Shown here: positions 39,697-48,412 of the stretch, piece by piece
Layout of the letters: every line of letters starts with the position of its first letter
Position numbering within the stretch: position 1 is the stretch's first letter
Notes under the pieces: model-generated
Told to the model about the DNA's origin: nothing
Seen by the model: the letters and a program-made list of their open reading frames with translations, nothing else
Database searches by the model: none
Source of the DNA: Anaerolineae bacterium
GTDB lineage: Bacteria; Chloroflexota; Anaerolineae; Aggregatilineales; Phototrophicaceae
Assembly: GCA_013360465.1 (NCBI GenBank)
Contig: JABWBO010000006.1
Span: 5,502 to 69,501, forward strand
Length of the DNA: 64,000 bases
Reading direction: 5' to 3'
Made by a program: the position numbers and the translations under genes

Positions 39697-39732
39697 GGCA
39701 GGGGCAGCCTGATTTCACGGGCTGCCCCTGCC
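39697..39732 (+). terminator. Intra-operon hairpin between the SBP and permease genes
   Basis: GGCAGGGGCAGCC (39697-39709), loop, GGCTGCCCCTGCC (39720-39732), then CTTTG. It starts 13 nt after the SBP stop and ends 41 nt before the permease start. Confidence 0.55.
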
Positions 39733-39772
39733 CTTTGATCGCCTGCTCTTTGTTCGATGGAGCACCCCCCTC

Positions 39773-40711
39773 ATGGCACAAATGACTGCTGTGCGCGCCG
39801 AGTCTGCGCCCGGTCTGTGGCGGCGTTTCTGGAGCCGCAGCAACGAGCGCGCGGGTTATCTGTTCATCCTGCCGTCGCTGATCCATATCCTCGCCTTCCT
39901 CTTCATCCCGCTTGTCCTCAGCTTCTTTCTTTCCTTCCGAGACTGGACCCGCCCGACGTTCTCCGACGCGCCCTACATCGGGCTGGAAAACTACGAATTT
40001 CTGATGGGCGACCGCCGCTTCTGGCAGTCGATGGGCAACTCGGCGTATTACACGGCGCTCTCTGTGCCGCTGGGGATGGCGTTCAGCCTGGCGATTGCGC
40101 TGGTCATGAATCAGAAGCTGCGCGGCGTCTATCTGTTTCGCACCCTCTTCTTCATGCCCGTCGTCTCGTCGTGGGTGGCGGTCTCGATCATCTGGCTGAC
40201 GCTGCTGGACCCTAACGTCGGCATCGTCAACTACGTCCTCGGCTGGTTCGGCATTCAGCCGATCAACTGGCTGGGCGACCCGCGTTCGGCAATGCCCGCC
40301 ATCGTGCTGATCTCGATTTGGAAAAGCGCCGGTTTCAACATGGTCATCTGGCTGGCGGGCTTGCAGGCAATCCCGCAGGAGCTGTATGAAGCCGCCGCCA
40401 TCGACGGGGCAAACCGCCTGCAATCGTTCCGCTTTCTGACCCTGCCGCTGCTCGCGCCGACCTCGTTTTTCATGGCGGTGACCGGCGTGATCGGCTCCTT
40501 CCAGGTGTTCACCCCGGTCTACGTGCTGACGCGCGGCGGACCGCTGGATTCGACCAACACTGCCGTCTTTCACATCTACCGCCGCGCCTTTCAGGAATTC
40601 GACTTCGGCTATGCGTCCGCCCAATCCTGGGTGCTGTTCGGCGTGATCTTCATCGCCACGCTGATCCAACTGTTCTACGTCCGCCGCCGCCGCGAAGAGA
40701 TTCAGTTCTGA
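39773..40711 (+). CDS. Sugar ABC transporter permease (MalF type)
   Basis: 312 aa with the EAA loop ELYEAAAIDGANRLQSFRFLTLPLLAP. Confidence 0.9.
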   Translation: MAQMTAVRAESAPGLWRRFWSRSNERAGYLFILPSLIHILAFLFIPLVLSFFLSFRDWTRPTFSDAPYIGLENYEFLMGDRRFWQSMGNSAYYTALSVPLGMAFSLAIALVMNQKLRGVYLFRTLFFMPVVSSWVAVSIIWLTLLDPNVGIVNYVLGWFGIQPINWLGDPRSAMPAIVLISIWKSAGFNMVIWLAGLQAIPQELYEAAAIDGANRLQSFRFLTLPLLAPTSFFMAVTGVIGSFQVFTPVYVLTRGGPLDSTNTAVFHIYRRAFQEFDFGYASAQSWVLFGVIFIATLIQLFYVRRRREEIQF

Positions 40712-40742
40712 GGCTGATGAGGCTGAGAGGAGAAACTCGCTC

Positions 40743-41594
40743 ATGGTCACCAAAATCACCCCGCAGATGATCGCGGCGCGCATTGCAGGCTATGCCATCC
40801 TCTTCATCGTCGCCGGCATGATGGTCGTGCCTTTCATGTGGATGGTGACGACCTCGTTCAAAACGCCGGGGACAGAATTCAGCTACCCACCGCAAATCCT
40901 GCCGAACCAGTTCGACTTCCAGAACTACGGCACCCTGTTCAACAACCTGCCCTTCTTTCGCTATTTCCTGAACACGACGGCGATCACCCTGGTGACCGTC
41001 TTCGGTCAGCTACTCATCTGCTCATTGGCTGCCTATGGCTTCGCCCGCCTCAACTTCATGGGGCGCGACACGATCTTCGTGCTGTACCTGACGACGATGA
41101 TGATCCCCTTTCAGATCACGCTGATCCCCCTGTACCTGATCATCACGCAGCTGGGCTGGGTCAACACCTACCAGGGGTTGATCGTGCCGGGCATCTCCAG
41201 CGCTTTCGGCATCTTCCTGCTGCGCCAGTCGTTCCTGAACATCCCGCGCGACTACCAGGACGCCGCCCGCATCGACGGCGCGAGCGAACTGACGATCTTC
41301 ATACGCATCTTCCTGCCGCTCAACGGTCCGACGCTGGCGACGCTGGGCGTCTTCGCCTTCATGGGGACCTGGACCGACCTGCTGTGGCCCCTGCTGATCG
41401 CCCGCAGCGAAGAGATGCGCACGCTCGAGCTGGGGTTAGCCTACTTCAACGCCCGTCCCAACGCCTTTTTGCAGCCGAACTGGCCCCTGCTCATGGCGGG
41501 ATCGGTGGTCGTCATGCTGCCGGTGCTGGTCGTCTACATCGTGGCGCAGCGCTATTTCATCCAGGGCATCGCCCTGAGCGGAGTCAAGGGATAA
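40743..41594 (+). CDS. Carbohydrate ABC transporter permease (MalG type)
   Basis: 283 aa with the EAA loop DYQDAARIDGASELTIFIRIFLPLNGP. Confidence 0.9.
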   Translation: MVTKITPQMIAARIAGYAILFIVAGMMVVPFMWMVTTSFKTPGTEFSYPPQILPNQFDFQNYGTLFNNLPFFRYFLNTTAITLVTVFGQLLICSLAAYGFARLNFMGRDTIFVLYLTTMMIPFQITLIPLYLIITQLGWVNTYQGLIVPGISSAFGIFLLRQSFLNIPRDYQDAARIDGASELTIFIRIFLPLNGPTLATLGVFAFMGTWTDLLWPLLIARSEEMRTLELGLAYFNARPNAFLQPNWPLLMAGSVVVMLPVLVVYIVAQRYFIQGIALSGVKG

Positions 41595-41595
41595 C

Positions 41596-43191
41596 ATGCA
41601 GTTCTACAGCTTTGATGCGCGCGATCCGATCTTCGAGATCGACGGCTGGAAGTTGAGCCTACAGGTCATCACATTGGAAAACATCTACAGTCCTGCCCCG
41701 GAAAGTGTAACGCTGACCCGCGAGCCGGAGGGCTGGCGTCTGCGCTGCGACCGCCTGGCATGGGCGGGCGGTCAGGAGCGCGCCGCCGGAGGGCTGACGG
41801 CAGCAGTCACCGACAACGACGCGGGCGGGCTGCGTATCACCCTCAACGCCAGTGCGCCGGAACCGATCACCAGCGTCAAACTGCTGATCCGCGATCTGCC
41901 GCCGGTCCAGCCTTTGACCATGCTGGATCAGCCCCGCGACGTGCCGACCGACGGCTTGCTCGACCGCTACCCCAACGGCATCCGCCTGCCGGTCTGGCTG
42001 GCGGCGCGCTCAGACGGCGGCGTCTACGGCTTTCGCTGCGAGGATGCGCAGCACCGCGCCAAGCGCTTCTGCGCCTATGCCGAGCGCATGGGTCCGCTGA
42101 CCGGGCGGATCGCCATCGAGTGCATTCACGATGAGGACGCCCGCCATTTCGACACGACGATCCACGCGCCGACCTGGGTGCTGGCACGCGACGTCGAGCC
42201 GGACGCCTTTCGCGCGGCGCAGCTCGCCTTCAACGAGGCGCAGGCGGGATTCGTCCCCTGGGAAGGACGTACTGACGTGCCCGGCTGGGCGCGCGATCTG
42301 CGTCTGGTGCTGACCCTGCACGGTATGCACTGGTCCGGCTTCATCTTCAACGACTACGCCGCCATGCTCGACATCATCCGCTACGTCGCCGGGCAGATCG
42401 ACGGGCGGAAAGTTCTCGCCTACCTGCCGGGATGGGAGGGGCGCTACTACTGGCAGTACGGTGATTTCCGCCCTGAACCGCGACTGGGCGGCGAAGAGGG
42501 TTTTGTCCGGCTGTGCGACGGCGCACGGGCGCTCGGCGTCCACCTCATGCCGATGTTCGGCGGCAACTGTGCCAACGCCTGGATGCCTCATTTCCACACC
42601 TTTGGTCCGTCGTCGTACATGAAATCGGCGACGCGCAACGTGTTTCTGGGCAACCAACCGGATTGGAATCTGAGTCGGGCGCATGATACCGGCTGGCAGG
42701 CATGGCTGAACCCCGGCGCGCCGGCATGGCAGACGGAATTGACGCGCCAGATCACCCGGCTGATGGAACGCTACGGCTTCGATGCCGTCTTCCTGGATAC
42801 CGTCGAGGTCTGGTCGAACGACCCGGATTTCAACATCCGTGAGGGCTACCGCCAATTGGTGGATCGTCTGCGAGCCGGACGCCCCGATCTGCTGGTAACC
42901 GGCGAAGACTGGTACGATGGGCTGCTGCCGATCTTCCCGATCTTCCAGCAGACCTCGAAATGGCGGCAGGTCCCCGCCTGGGTCGGGCGCTACGCCCGGC
43001 TGATGGGGCACATCTGCGACGGCGAGCCAAGCCGGGGCAGCACCGGCGTCTTCGAGTCCGGCTATGCGCCCTACGAGCGCCTGCCGGATGAACCGCACTA
43101 CCTGCCGACGCTGGCGTTCGTCGATGGCACGCTGGACGCCGCGCGCGGCGAGATTGACGCTGTGATCGCCCTGGCGAAGCAGCGCGGCTGA
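41596..43191 (+). CDS. Hypothetical cytoplasmic protein, possible TIM-barrel glycoside-hydrolase-like enzyme (family not recognised)
   Basis: 531 aa. The ATG lies 1 nt after the permease stop. There is no signal peptide. The C-terminal 300 aa has alternating beta/alpha-like segments with acidic motifs (FDAVFLDTVEVW, LLVTGEDWYDG). I recognise no named family. Confidence 0.7.
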   Translation: MQFYSFDARDPIFEIDGWKLSLQVITLENIYSPAPESVTLTREPEGWRLRCDRLAWAGGQERAAGGLTAAVTDNDAGGLRITLNASAPEPITSVKLLIRDLPPVQPLTMLDQPRDVPTDGLLDRYPNGIRLPVWLAARSDGGVYGFRCEDAQHRAKRFCAYAERMGPLTGRIAIECIHDEDARHFDTTIHAPTWVLARDVEPDAFRAAQLAFNEAQAGFVPWEGRTDVPGWARDLRLVLTLHGMHWSGFIFNDYAAMLDIIRYVAGQIDGRKVLAYLPGWEGRYYWQYGDFRPEPRLGGEEGFVRLCDGARALGVHLMPMFGGNCANAWMPHFHTFGPSSYMKSATRNVFLGNQPDWNLSRAHDTGWQAWLNPGAPAWQTELTRQITRLMERYGFDAVFLDTVEVWSNDPDFNIREGYRQLVDRLRAGRPDLLVTGEDWYDGLLPIFPIFQQTSKWRQVPAWVGRYARLMGHICDGEPSRGSTGVFESGYAPYERLPDEPHYLPTLAFVDGTLDAARGEIDAVIALAKQRG

Positions 43192-43217
43192 TCCTGAAGA
43201 CTGCGAAAGGACGCATC

Positions 43218-44579
43218 ATGCGAGAGAACGTCATCCCGGTCGATGGCATGGTCATCACCGAAGATACCCGGTTCGCGCCGGGGGTGTATCCGCTTCAGCA
43301 GGGCGTGACCCTCGCCGTCGACGGCATCATCGTCGAGGGGGAAGGCGCGCTGCTGGTCAACACATCACGGCAGGGCGTTGGCGTCCACGCTGAAAACCGG
43401 CGGGGCGTCACCGTCCGAGGGCTGGCGCTGTCGGGCTTCTATCACGGGCTGCGCTTCGACGGCTGCCGCGACGTGCTGGTCGAGGATGTCCGCGTCCGCA
43501 ACACCTACGAGATCGAAGGCATCGATACGTTCCTGTACCTGTGGAACCCTATCGAAGAGGTCTACAGCGGGGCGATCCTGCTCAACGGCGTGCAGGGCGG
43601 GGTGGTGCGCGGCTGCGATCTTCAGCATCAGATGAACGGCATCCTGCTCTACGCCACCAACGGTGTGACCCTCGCCGACAACAACGCTTCATTCAACAGC
43701 GGCTGGGGTGTCTACCTGAGCGGATCGAACGAGAACATCGTGCAGGATAACCGGCTGGATTTCTGCAACCGCATCTACCGCCGCCCGGAAAGCGGCGCGA
43801 TCCGCGTCGAAGCCGATGCCGCCGGGATCGTGCTGGTGGAAAGCTCCTGCCGCAACCATCTGCTGCGCAACAGCTGCCTGTGCGGCGGGGATGGCATCTT
43901 CATCGCCGGGTACAACCACAAAGGTGGCAAGACCACCTGCGACGATAACCTGATCGAGGGCAACGACTGCCGGCTCAGCCCGAACAACGCCATCGAATCG
44001 ACCTTTTCGCGCGGCAACATCTTCCGCCGCAACGATTGCAGCCGATCCAACTACGGATTCTGGATGGGCTACTCGTGGGACAACGTGATGGAGGACAACA
44101 TCATCGACTCCTGCCGGATGGTCGGCATCGCCATCGAACATGGACACGGGTTTGTCATCCGCCGCAACCAGATTCAGAACAACCGCGAAGGGGTGCGCCT
44201 GTTCACGCGCGGCGGCGCGACGCTGGAACACTGGCGCGAGTGGGCGGTCTCGTACGACTACACGCTGGAAGATAACCTGATCGAGCAGAATCGCATCGGC
44301 TTCAACGGCTACACCGGACCGGAGATTCCGCTAGATCAGGTCAGCTACGATCTGCGGCTGCGCGGCAACACCTTCAAGGGCAACATCACCGGGGCGCGTT
44401 TTCATCGGGTGCGGCAGGCGGCGCTGACCGGCAACACCTTCCAGGGCAACCAGCGGGCGGCGCTGCTGATCGAGGAGCCGGGGGTGGCGCTTGCCGACAA
44501 TCAGTTCGCCGACAACGCCGAGGCGATCCTGCACACCAGCGAGCTGGGACACACCACCGAGCGCTCAGGGTGGGTGTGA
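43218..44579 (+). CDS. Right-handed parallel beta-helix repeat protein (pectate-lyase / NosD-like fold), cytoplasmic
   Basis: 453 aa. It has repeated approximately 22-25 aa units rich in N/G/I/V (VTVRGLALSGFYHGLRF, GCDLQHQMNGILLY, ADNNASFNSGWGVYL, VQDNRLDFCN, IEGNDCRLSPNNAIE, MEDNIIDSCRMVGIAIE). There is no signal peptide. Confidence 0.8.
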   Translation: MRENVIPVDGMVITEDTRFAPGVYPLQQGVTLAVDGIIVEGEGALLVNTSRQGVGVHAENRRGVTVRGLALSGFYHGLRFDGCRDVLVEDVRVRNTYEIEGIDTFLYLWNPIEEVYSGAILLNGVQGGVVRGCDLQHQMNGILLYATNGVTLADNNASFNSGWGVYLSGSNENIVQDNRLDFCNRIYRRPESGAIRVEADAAGIVLVESSCRNHLLRNSCLCGGDGIFIAGYNHKGGKTTCDDNLIEGNDCRLSPNNAIESTFSRGNIFRRNDCSRSNYGFWMGYSWDNVMEDNIIDSCRMVGIAIEHGHGFVIRRNQIQNNREGVRLFTRGGATLEHWREWAVSYDYTLEDNLIEQNRIGFNGYTGPEIPLDQVSYDLRLRGNTFKGNITGARFHRVRQAALTGNTFQGNQRAALLIEEPGVALADNQFADNAEAILHTSELGHTTERSGWV

Positions 44580-44681
44580 AAGGGTGAAGAATGCGGGAAT
44601 GCAGGGGATGGCGAACAGCGGGGCGCACATCAGCACGCCCCATGTCTGATCGCTCTGCTGCTGGCTGTGAAAGCGGAGCGA

Positions 44682-45806
44682 TCACCCCGCCTGTATCTCC
44701 TCCAGGATCGGCGGGACGGCGACCGCCTGCCCGGTGGCAATCGACTGGCGGGCGGCTTCCATCACCGCGAAGACCGCCAAGCCGTCCTCCAGGGTGGGCG
44801 CACAGCTGCGCCCTTCCAGCAGCGCCAGGGCGAAGGTCTCGGCGTAGCTCGCAAATTCGCCGTAATGCATGCCGTGCGCCTCGTTGTTGAAGGCGTAGCC
44901 GCGCAGCGCATAGAGCGTATCTTCGCGCGCTTCCGTGCCATCCGGTCGGGTGTAGAGATAGCGCATGTCGTGATACTGCGCCAGGCTTGTGCCGCCCGTC
45001 CCATAGAGCATCAGTTCCAGGGCATTGCGCGCCGATGGCAGTTCGTGCAGCCCGTAGTGACCGAGCGCCCGCCCCAGCCGTCCATCGACGGTGCGCAGAT
45101 TGACGGTGCAGATGTCGGGCGAACGCACCTGGAACGCGCTTGCCAGCGCCGAGTGCGCGCCATACGCCGTCACCTCGGCGACCGGACCGAGATACCAGCA
45201 CAGCAGGTCCAGCGGGTGACTCATGCCGAGGAAAATCCAGTCGGTGGCATTCGCCGCCCAGGGACTTTTGCGATAGTACCAGTCCATGCGGTGGATGTAG
45301 TGGGCATCCGCCAGTTCCAGCGCCCCTACCTCGCCCGCCTCAAAGGCGGCGCGCTGCCGGCGAAAGGATTCGAAGAAGCGCACGCTCTGCCCCACCAGGA
45401 GCCGGCGATCTGTCCCACGTGAAGCCGCCCACAGCCGCCGCGCGTCCGCCATGTTATTGACCAGCGGTTTGGTGCAGATGACGTGTTTGCCGGCGGCGAA
45501 CGCCTGCAGGATGTGATCGGCGTGGAAGGCGTCGGGCGTGTAGATCGCCACGATCTGCACGTCGTCGCGCCGCAGCATCTCGGCATAGTCGGGGGTGGTG
45601 AAAACCGCCGGATCGTCGGCGCGCACCTCGTCGAGCTTCTGCAGATTCAGGTCGCAGGCTGCCACCACGCGGACGTGCGGGGCGCGGTAGCGCACTTCTT
45701 CCGCCTGCCCGACCGGCGCGGGAATCGGCAGGTTGATCGCCTTGAGCAGCGTACGCCCTTCATGAAGACCGATGATGCCGATGCCCAGTGGTGGAACGTT
45801 CGTCAT
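44682..45806 (-). CDS. Gfo/Idh/MocA family oxidoreductase
   Basis: 374 aa with LGIGIIGLHEGR (Rossmann motif) and VICTKPL (EKP-like motif). It is divergent from the URO-D gene trio. Confidence 0.85.
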   Translation of the reverse strand: MTNVPPLGIGIIGLHEGRTLLKAINLPIPAPVGQAEEVRYRAPHVRVVAACDLNLQKLDEVRADDPAVFTTPDYAEMLRRDDVQIVAIYTPDAFHADHILQAFAAGKHVICTKPLVNNMADARRLWAASRGTDRRLLVGQSVRFFESFRRQRAAFEAGEVGALELADAHYIHRMDWYYRKSPWAANATDWIFLGMSHPLDLLCWYLGPVAEVTAYGAHSALASAFQVRSPDICTVNLRTVDGRLGRALGHYGLHELPSARNALELMLYGTGGTSLAQYHDMRYLYTRPDGTEAREDTLYALRGYAFNNEAHGMHYGEFASYAETFALALLEGRSCAPTLEDGLAVFAVMEAARQSIATGQAVAVPPILEEIQAG

Positions 45807-45883
45807 GCTGTCCTTTATCCTCGTCTGTGCCTCGTCACTGCGTCAGCCGGCGCGTCTGTACAGAGATTCGGAAACTGCGCCTG

Positions 45884-45912
45884 TTGGCTCAACGCTCAAT
45901 TGTATCTATAAT
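45884..45912 (+). promoter_or_regulatory. Candidate sigma-70-type promoter for the URO-D operon
   Basis: TTGGCT (45884-45889), 17 nt spacer, TATAAT (45907-45912), 37 nt upstream of the ATG at 45949. Confidence 0.4.
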
Positions 45913-45945
45913 TGACTAGACTAAAATACACAAAGGTCTAGTCAA
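45912..45945. promoter_or_regulatory. 10 bp inverted repeat with a 14 nt spacer (candidate operator or leader hairpin)
   Basis: TTGACTAGAC (45912-45921), 14 nt, GTCTAGTCAA (45936-45945). It starts at the last base of the predicted -10 box and ends 3 nt before the start codon, covering the RBS position. Confidence 0.5.
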
Positions 45946-45948
45946 CTT

Positions 45949-47121
45949 ATGCCCCCGATGACCTCTCGCCAGCGGATGCTCACAGCCCTGCAGGGCGGCA
46001 TCCCAGACCGACTGCCGGTGACCACGCATCATGTGATGCTCTCCTTCCTGGAAAAATACTTCGGCGGAATTCCTTACCACGAGTTCTTCGACCGCTATGG
46101 GCTGGATGCCTACGTCTGGACGGTCCCCTACAAGCCGGACACCGCCAAGGGCGAGTACTTCGACCCCAATCAGACCTCTATTCACCCGCTCGATCACACC
46201 CACCGCGTCGTCTCCGACAACTGGCGCATCGAGGCGGAAGACCTCCCCGATCCGGAATACCGGACGACGCGCTATCACTTCGTGACGCCCGACGGGACGC
46301 TGAACATGCTGCTTCAGGGCAATCAGTACACCGACTGGGTGGTCGAGCCGCTGATCAAAGAGAAGCGCGACATCGACCTGATCGCCAAGTGGGTCACCCA
46401 CCCCAAGATCGACGTAGAAGCCGTCAACCGCACCGCCGAGGCGTTCGGCGAACGCGGGCTGGTGCGCGGGCACATCTGCTACTTCGACATCTACGGACAG
46501 CCGGGCTGCTGGCAGGACGCCGTCGAGCTGGTCGGCACGGAGCGGCTGATCATGGAGACCTATGACGACCCGCAATGGGTACACGAGTTGATCAAGATCC
46601 TGCACGAGCGCAAAAAGACCTTCATCTGCTCTCTGAAGGGCGCGCGTTACGACTTGCTGGAACTCGGCGGCGGGGCGGCGTCCTCGACGGTCATCTCGCC
46701 GAAGCTGTTCGACGAATTCGTCGCCCCCTATGACAGCGAACTGATCGCGATGGCGCACGAGGTCGGGCAGCGCATCGTCTATCACACCTGCGGCGGCATG
46801 ATGCCCATCCTGGAGCGCCTCGCCGCCATGAAACCGGATGCGATGGAGACCTTCACGCCGGCGGACATGGGCGGCGACATGCGGCTGGCGGAAGCCAAGC
46901 AGCGCATCGGCGACCGCGTCTGCATGATCGGCGGTTTTGACCAGTTCCACTACTATGTCGGCTGCACGCCGGAAGAGACGCGCGCCGAAGTGCGCCGCTG
47001 CTTCGAGGCGGCGGGACCGGGCGGCGGCTACATCCTCAGCCCGTCGGATCATTTCTTCGAGGCGGACCTGCCGCTCCTCGAAGCCTTCGCCGATGAAGCG
47101 CGGCAGTGCAGCTATGGCTGA
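45949..47121 (+). CDS. Uroporphyrinogen decarboxylase (URO-D) superfamily protein, MtaA/CmuA-like methyltransferase candidate, paralogue 1
   Basis: 390 aa. The N-terminus SRQRMLTALQGGIPDRLPV and the core IVYHTCGGMMPILERLAAMKPDAMETF with GGYILSPSDH are typical of the URO-D/MtaA family. It has an H-x-C-G motif. Confidence 0.85.
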   Translation: MPPMTSRQRMLTALQGGIPDRLPVTTHHVMLSFLEKYFGGIPYHEFFDRYGLDAYVWTVPYKPDTAKGEYFDPNQTSIHPLDHTHRVVSDNWRIEAEDLPDPEYRTTRYHFVTPDGTLNMLLQGNQYTDWVVEPLIKEKRDIDLIAKWVTHPKIDVEAVNRTAEAFGERGLVRGHICYFDIYGQPGCWQDAVELVGTERLIMETYDDPQWVHELIKILHERKKTFICSLKGARYDLLELGGGAASSTVISPKLFDEFVAPYDSELIAMAHEVGQRIVYHTCGGMMPILERLAAMKPDAMETFTPADMGGDMRLAEAKQRIGDRVCMIGGFDQFHYYVGCTPEETRAEVRRCFEAAGPGGGYILSPSDHFFEADLPLLEAFADEARQCSYG

Positions 47122-48271
47122 GCCGATCATCGAGATCAACGTGCCCTACGAGGCGATCGAAGCGCGCCGGGAGCGCGTCGCCCGCGCCCGGCGCTTCGAG
47201 ACGCCCGACCGCGTCCCGGTCATCCCGGCTATCGCCCACCGCTTCCTGGTCCCCAAAGCCGGCATCTCTTTCGCCGACTACTACCGCGACCCAGAGACGA
47301 TGCTGCGCGCCCAGATCATGGGGCAGAAATGGCTGATGGAGAACATCCGCACCGACGCCCACGCGATCACCGGGGCATGGGTCGGGGCGTGGACGGACTT
47401 CCAGAATACCTTTGAAGCCGGCAGCCTGGGCTGCGAAGTCGTCTTCCAGGACGACGACATCCCCTGGGTGGGTCCGGGATGGGTGAAGACCGACGACGAT
47501 CTGAAGCGGCTGGAAGCGATGGATTTTGTGCGCGGCGGCATCAACGGCAGACAGATCGCCTACCGCCGTGCCATGATCGACGTGGCGGAGAAGTACCCGG
47601 TGCGCTTCCTGGGCGGACCGGTCTTCTACCCCGGCGCGAACCCCGCCCTGACCCATACTTCGGACGGACCATTCGGCGTGGCAGGCGACGTGATGGGACA
47701 GGTCGATCTGTTCCTGGGCGTCCACGAGCGCCCCGGCTTTGTGCGCGAGCTGCTGCGCATCATCACCGACAAGCTGATCGCCTGGCTGGATTTCTGCTGG
47801 CAAGAGGAAGGACTGCCAACGCCGAAGGATTTCGCCTGGACCGATGACCTGGCGGTATCCCTTTCCGCCGAGACCTACCGCGATCTGGTGCTGCCCTTCG
47901 AGCAGCGCCTGCGCTTCCATTTCGACGGCTATCTGAGCCTGCATATGTGCGGGAAATCGGATCACCTGCTGGAGATCTTCCGCGATGATCTGAAGATCAA
48001 TGAGCTTCAGGGCTTTGGCTATCAGGTCAGCCTTGACCGGGTCGCCTCGGTCCTCGCCGGGCGGGTGGTGCTGATCGGCAACATCAACCCGATGCTCATC
48101 CACGACGGCACGCCGGAGCAGGTGCGTCAGGCGGCGCGCCAGGTCATCGAAAAGCTCGCGCCCTATCGCGGATTGATCCTCCAGGATGGCAACAATATCC
48201 CGCCCGGTTCGCCGCTGGAAAACATCAACGCCATGATGGAAGCGGCGGAGACCTACGGACGGTACGATTGA
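47114..48271 (+). CDS. URO-D superfamily protein, MtaA/CmuA-like methyltransferase candidate, paralogue 2
   Basis: Start trimmed to ATG 47114 (8 nt overlap with paralogue 1), giving 385 aa. It has RRERVARARRFETPDRVPV, LSLHMCGKSDHLLEIF and LILQDGNNIPPGSP. Confidence 0.85.
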   Translation: MAEPIIEINVPYEAIEARRERVARARRFETPDRVPVIPAIAHRFLVPKAGISFADYYRDPETMLRAQIMGQKWLMENIRTDAHAITGAWVGAWTDFQNTFEAGSLGCEVVFQDDDIPWVGPGWVKTDDDLKRLEAMDFVRGGINGRQIAYRRAMIDVAEKYPVRFLGGPVFYPGANPALTHTSDGPFGVAGDVMGQVDLFLGVHERPGFVRELLRIITDKLIAWLDFCWQEEGLPTPKDFAWTDDLAVSLSAETYRDLVLPFEQRLRFHFDGYLSLHMCGKSDHLLEIFRDDLKINELQGFGYQVSLDRVASVLAGRVVLIGNINPMLIHDGTPEQVRQAARQVIEKLAPYRGLILQDGNNIPPGSPLENINAMMEAAETYGRYD

Positions 48272-48412
48272 TCGGCGCATCTGCCAGGATTCGCGCGCCA
48301 GATGATCCTGATGGAGGATCGAAATAGAGATGGCGTCATCCGTAGGGCGTGCCGGCGGCTCGCCCATTGAAAAGACGAGACCCGACTTTGCGAAAGGACG
48401 CTCCCAACCCGA

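Noticed and set aside
46937-47113. Upstream extension of URO-D paralogue 2 (ORF track start 46937)
   Set aside because: The extension is Arg/Ser-rich and lies inside paralogue 1. The ATG at 47114 gives the canonical URO-D N-terminus (RRERV...DRVPV).
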